Origin: Phoronis australis
Taxonomy: Eukaryota > Animalia > Phoronida
Direction: 5' to 3'
Assembly: GCA_002633005.1 (NCBI GenBank)
Contig: NMRA01000009.1
Location: forward strand, 324,518 to 388,517
Length of the DNA stretch: 64,000 bases
The notes under the pieces are model-generated. The model worked only from the letters and a program-made list of their open reading frames with translations. It did no database searches and had not been told where the DNA came from. The translations under genes and the position numbers were made by a program. Below, one piece after another: positions 59,801-64,000 of this stretch. Each line of letters opens with the position of its first letter. The first letter of the stretch is position 1.

Positions 59801-61748
59801 TTGTCCTCTCTTCAAAGACATTTTATTCAGAAGTGAACTCGTTATTTGCAACTCCAACCTGCCAGGTTTTGGTTAAACAATGAGAATTTGCGGCCCCGAC
59901 AGCTGCTGGAAGTTGCGTTACTGGCGTTGATAAGTCGTAGGTCTACCTGCGTTACACTGAAGCCAATCTATCCACAACGTACGTATGTGAAAATTGTATA
60001 CTTATTCAGCCATAATATTTGTGATATGACACGCAAATATTTTATTACTGCTTCCACATGCTATTGCTAAAAAATGTCACGTCAAGATTCTAAATGCTCA
60101 CCAAGGTCATGATCAACAAATTTGACATGTTATAAAAGGTTAAACTGTCTGCGTAATCTACATAAGATGTTATCAGTGAAAAGCCATCTCACCTAACAAC
60201 ACATTGTGACAGGAGGTGTGGGGAACCAGGAATATAAGCGGAACCAGAAATGTCACAATCTTTGACAATTGGATCGGTCCAATATTGAGAAAATCTGTAC
60301 GTCTCTCTAAAGTCAGGTTCACTGTGACCAATTCAGCCGCCCACGCGCTGCCTCCAAATGTGATCGAGTCTATATTAGCTGAAGACTGCAGCACCAACCA
60401 CGTATTATCTTCCGTGGTGAAAGTCATGTCCACTGGGTTTTCCTTTCTCACGAATTTAAAGCGCATCTGCATAGATATAAAAAATTGGGCATGCTGCAAC
60501 ATCAGTACATATGAATAACATAAAGTAAAATAAAGAAGTATAAGCGCTGGCAGCACTTTTTAACAATCATCTATAGAAAATACTTAGGTCTCACTGTGGG
60601 TTTACAGAGGCTGATTATCTTCGAGAGGTCGATAAAGTTTGTTTGCTGGCATATATTGTCATAGTGGATGTAACTATAATACCTTCCACTTTTAGAGACG
60701 TTTCCAGCAAATTGATCCCATTTTTCGAGTCCATTCTCTAAATGGGTGGGTATCTTGGCTTATTTTCCAGTTGCAACCCATCACATATACAGTCCTGTAC
60801 CTCCAGCAACCAAAAATTGCATCATTGCAGTCTCTAATGCAGATATTGCCTCTTCCACTTTCCACTCACAAAACGAATGCACAATGGCGGACCTTCACCG
60901 TGAATAAAATGTAAATGAATACACGTGTCTAACCTGAGCAAATGAATCAACTGTGTGTTGTCAAGAAAATTTTTGATTAAAATTATGAACTTCTTACTTT
61001 GCTTATATCATGTGTCCATGAACCGAAATACAGCTTACAGGTCTGCAAGGTTTTGAATAAAGTACTCGAGCAATGCGTCTTCAGGACGTACTTTGGCGCC
61101 CATACAACGGTGCCATCAGGAAACGCAATCGCATGCTGGGACTCAGGAGGAACCATATTTGGCTCAGCACTGAAAGAAAGTTCACTGACAATTTCAGTCA
61201 TTATCAAAGTGGCAGTGTCGCGCAGGACTAATCCCAGACCTGCAGAGTATTTTGTATGTATTACTTTAGGGCACCTATGTGCCTTCGGCAGCGAATTTTA
61301 TTTTGTTTTCAAGTTGAGCTCTCAAATCAATTAATTCTACTTTGAGGCAAGTTAATAAGTCTTCCCGTATGATTTTAGGTCTGTTCAAGATACTAGAGCT
61401 CACAGGGGACATCTATGGTGCAGTAAAGCGCCTCAATTTGTTTCACTTTAGTTTGAAGTTGTGGACTTTATTTTTCCATATAAAACCAGGGTGCCAAGAA
61501 ATGCTGATGCATACTCAGACTGCCTGTCATAAGTCAAGTCTCCTTTGCACTGGATATGCTCTAACTAAAAGTAACAGGGTGCAAGCCAGAAAATGCACAT
61601 TTCCTTAATACTTGGAAGATCAAGAGTCCTTGGGTATGTACCTGTTATACAGCGTCAGGTCAGGTCGCCAGATTTCCTGCCAAGGAAGGCGAATTCTGTC
61701 GATGTCATAATCAGTCCTATTCCAGGCTAAGCGGAAATCTTTCCACAG
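47555..61748 (-). CDS. Divergent nicotinic acetylcholine receptor-like (Cys-loop ligand-gated ion channel) subunit, 5'-partial; complement(join(47555..47836,59029..59147,59662..59748,60193..60466,60998..61169,61642..61748))
   Basis: LWKDFRLAWN...IWRPDLTLYN (loop A), DGTVVWAP, C-x10-C then FGSWTHD (loop B), LTLERR before TM1, TM2 ending NLP, TM3 AFTVVALFISVLL, TM4 DWQVLVKFVERCFFVLF; 1041 nt in frame with GT-AG introns. Confidence 0.88.
48560..49640 (-). mobile_element. Helentron/DINE-like element copy E (reverse orientation, internal array; ends approximate)
   Basis: Repeated aaattgccactagggggcac / aaaatggccactaggtggcgc units. Confidence 0.75.
49677..49919. mobile_element. hAT-like MITE
   Basis: cagaggcggatcta...tagatctgccactg termini; homologous to 56924-57310. 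Confidence 0.8.
50289..52669. mobile_element. 2.4-kb non-autonomous TIR transposon with internal GGTACGTACACTACA repeats (Sola-like, tentative)
   Basis: TIR cggccaaatcacaatcaaggtccatattcg / cgaatatggacctggattgtgatttagccg (28/30); aat on both flanks. Confidence 0.8.
52805..52898. mobile_element. 94-bp hairpin MITE with 8-bp TSD
   Basis: Perfect 42-bp inverted arms, 10-nt loop, gccaaaat on both sides. Confidence 0.93.
54204..54341. mobile_element. MITE with CAAGG termini (nested)
   Basis: caaggtatgacactc / gagtgtcataccttg. Confidence 0.85.
54753..55015. mobile_element. hAT-like MITE (nested)
   Basis: catgcgcgcaccca / tggatgcgcgcatg with G/C tracts. Confidence 0.75.
55026..56061. mobile_element. 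Mutator-like non-autonomous element (nested)
   Basis: GG...CC ends, subterminal ~15-bp repeats inverted between ends (ccgaaggttc / gaaccttcgg), flanks ttagaaat / ttggaaat. Confidence 0.6.
55717..55940 (+). mobile_element. tRNA-derived SINE-like element
   Basis: A box tggctcagtgg (55725), B box gttcgaatcc (55770), no proper cloverleaf, A-rich tail. Confidence 0.6.
56924..57310. mobile_element. hAT-like MITE (same family as 49677-49919) carrying a nested MITE
   Basis: cagagacggatcca...tagatctgccattg. Confidence 0.8.
57121..57275. mobile_element. MITE with 5-bp TSD (taaac)
   Basis: caggggcggat / atccgtccatg; empty site cctaaaccccc seen in the paralogous copy near 49880. Confidence 0.8.
58550..58790 (-). 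mobile_element. Helentron/DINE-like fragment (copy F)
   Basis: atggccactaggtggc and aaatgccactacggagcac units. Confidence 0.55.
59029..59147 (-). CDS. Cys-loop receptor exon (TM3)
   Basis: ttacag / gtaagc; ALQVKTSAAFTVVALFISVLLQRL...LPGCIRK. Confidence 0.78.
59662..59748 (-). CDS. Cys-loop receptor exon (TM2 and TM2-3 loop)
   Basis: ccacag / gtagtc; GSAILICNGLAMVVNQINLPHLNYPSIVP; phase 1-1. Confidence 0.8.
60193..60466 (-). CDS. Cys-loop receptor exon (loop C, TM1, start of TM2)
   Basis: atgcag / gtgaga; TWLVLQSSA...VNLTLERR...FLVPLIFLVP. Confidence 0.85.
60998..61169 (-). CDS. Cys-loop receptor exon (Cys loop, loop B)
   Basis: tttcag / gtaaga; KTHCSSTLFKTLQTCKLYFGSWTHD. Confidence 0.9.
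61642..61748 (-). CDS. Cys-loop receptor exon (WxD...WxPD...YN)
   Basis: ttacag / gtacat; 107 nt, phase 0 to 2, like the conserved nAChR loop-A exon. Confidence 0.9.
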
Positions 61749-61886
61749 CTGTAAGTAATCAAACGCAATGAAGTTAGTATTCTGCATGTAGTTAATCTTT
61801 CGCATATTGAATTTCGGTGAAACCGGTGTAAACCCATGTTTCGCGCAAAAAGGAACTTTCTATTTACATCTGGAAGTAGTCTTAAC

Positions 61887-61931
61887 TTGTTTCATACTCA
61901 TATGAGAAGTGATCTCTAGGTTTAAAAAGAA
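61887..61931 (-). CDS. Possible 45-nt upstream receptor exon (FFLNLEITSHMSMKQ)
   Basis: Same size and phase as the usual nAChR 45-nt exon before the WxD exon, but weak splice sites (tgtcag / gttaag). Confidence 0.3.
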
Positions 61932-62235
61932 CTGACATTGCGTTATTTGTTGAGACCGCATGCTCGTCTCATAAAGTGGCAGGTCGTGACAAGCCAATTG
62001 TAGAGCCATATCTCCAACAATAATGAACGGTCAGTTCTTTGAAAGCCATGATATCGTCTCTAATTTTACAACAGAACAACTTGTGACCAATTTCATAACA
62101 CTAAAAAGGACAATATGCACTTCCAAAATATTAAAATTTTGGGGTAGGCCAAGTTTGGGGGCATTTTGTAGGTGGGCATTGCATGTAGGCTCAGTGAATG
62201 TGGTTTGTTTGTATTTGTGAACATGCTGAGAATAA

Positions 62236-62334
62236 AATGGCCACTTTCTCAGCTGTAGCTGCACTCTTCTTCAAGATGGCGGCCCCCGGTTGCAATTGTG
62301 CATTGCTGGGTAGCGACTGAGAAATGGGGCTATT
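62236..62334. mobile_element. Small imperfect-TIR element containing caagatggcggc
   Basis: aatggccactttctcag / ctgagaaatggggctatt. Confidence 0.4.
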
Positions 62335-64000
62335 CGGTAAATCTGCAATAACTAGAGGGCGTGAGTGTACTAGTGGTGATAGATTAACAGCCTCGATTTC
62401 GCGAGCCCTTTAAATACATGGTGAAATGGCTTGCATCCGTGCCAACTGAATCTGAGATTGCGTAAAAAGGGTGCTTCTATGAGAGGAAGTAAGCAAGACC
62501 TCATACAAAGGTAAGGTTTGTGATTATTTTAACGATTATTCCATGATTATTCTACCGATACCTGTTAACTGAGGCACTCGCCGATGTCGACTTCGCGGCA
62601 GTCAGTCGCCAGTCAGAGTCTGGTTAATCTTTGTATGCATGTTGTGATATGTGATACGATACTTGACGTAGCAATCGGGACCTTTTCGTACATCAAAGCA
62701 TTATTATTGTTTGGAATGATTTCTAAAAGTTTATCAGTGACAGTTACATCAATCAATGCTGAATGTTTATGCTGTCAACTCGATACAGGTTAATGAGTTA
62801 AGATTACAATCCAGTCCCAATGGGTACGTGAGTGATAAATATCCATTGCATTAGACTAGTATTTGTTTACTCCCTATCATATGTCTTCTGGAAATCTATT
62901 ACACGTTGAAATGGAAATCTATCACGTCAGTTTTCACATAACCTTTGGTTTTTAGGTTTGAAGGCTTGTACCGTGCAGAGGAGATATGCATCGCTTCTGC
63001 ACCATCCCTGAATGGACAAAAATTGGTTTTTAGCATTTGACTGCAGCTAACCAACAAGATCTTCCCATCCAGTGCAGATCTGTTGTCAAAGCCTACTTTC
63101 AATATTGGAGACAACGAACAAAGCCTTTGAAAAGGAACAGCTATTTTTAAAGTCATTTTGTTAAATTACTTATTCAGGTCCCGAGGGGGGATTGGCATGG
63201 GGATTGTAATATTTGGTACAACTGAATGTGTGGAAATAACAGGTAATACATGTTTGGGGAAAAGAGCATGGTGAGGTAATTCTTAACCTTCTCGAAGTCC
63301 CTTCAAGTTGATTTCACGAAACTGTTTTGCTACTTGTATCAATTGTAAAACCACGAAAATATATTACATTTTCCGAATTCACAGTGACTGAATAGTCTTA
63401 ACTCATGCCTTGAAATGTTGCAAGTCGTTATAAATTCAAATGACTGCCATTTTTGTGAAAATTGCATTTTTGATGGTGCCTTACGTTTTGTAATTACTCT
63501 TAAACAACAGAAAGATTATCCATCATTTTTAAACGACCCAAGTCTTCATATCTTCTATTAGAAGAAAAACGGTTCCCTCAACCTTAGGCTAGAAGTATGC
63601 TTGACAGACCCATGAACCTGTAATCTGAGTTTAAAATTGCTGAAAGTATCAAAATTAAAAAGGCTTGAAAATGGGTAACAACTGAAGGTTTGAAGTTGTC
63701 TCAAAAAACTTGTATATTTTACAGACAAGTGATGCGTTTAAAGAATTGTTATGGCTAGGGATAAAAAATAAAGACACGGTTTTATGCAATACTCATTATG
63801 TACACCCTTGGTTTCTGAAAATAGTAATAATTTACTTTTATGTGAAACTGTAGACCAATCACCATATATTTTTGAAAAACAAGGATAACATTTTTGATCC
63901 AATCTGGAGTACTTAATTATTCATATTTCAATATTTGTTCCAGGTTCAGTGACATTTTAAGGCCACTTCAAGCTGTATCATAGACAAGCTTTGTTACTCC

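Noticed and set aside
62899-63156. Candidate upstream receptor exons
   Set aside because: No recognisable nAChR N-terminal motifs in any frame with suitable splice phases

Overview
AT-rich, intron-rich animal genomic DNA, most likely a lophotrochozoan invertebrate (inferred from gene content and repeat types). Four spliced protein-coding genes can be rebuilt from GT-AG junctions with consistent phases. (1) MRTF/myocardin-family SRF co-activator, + strand, 2186-24282, 9 exons, with 3 RPEL, B1/Q, SAP, zipper and TAD regions. (2) LYRM1, - strand, 31860-28457, 122 aa. (3) TAB1, + strand, about 33613-46288, head-to-head with LYRM1. (4) A highly divergent nicotinic-type Cys-loop channel subunit, - strand, >61748-47555, 5' end not located. 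Introns hold non-autonomous DNA transposons (Helentron/DINE-like elements with CTCF-like motif arrays, a TA-flanked element with a HIRAN-like relic, hairpin MITEs, a nested 3.2 kb MITE stack), minisatellites and one 274-N gap. Best leads: a TAB1 that keeps the PP2C metal-binding aspartates lost in the vertebrate pseudophosphatase; a receptor with a 10-residue Cys loop, no vicinal cysteines and no canonical selectivity filter; and a strong-context uORF overlapping the LYRM1 start. All homology calls come from recalled motifs; no searches were run.
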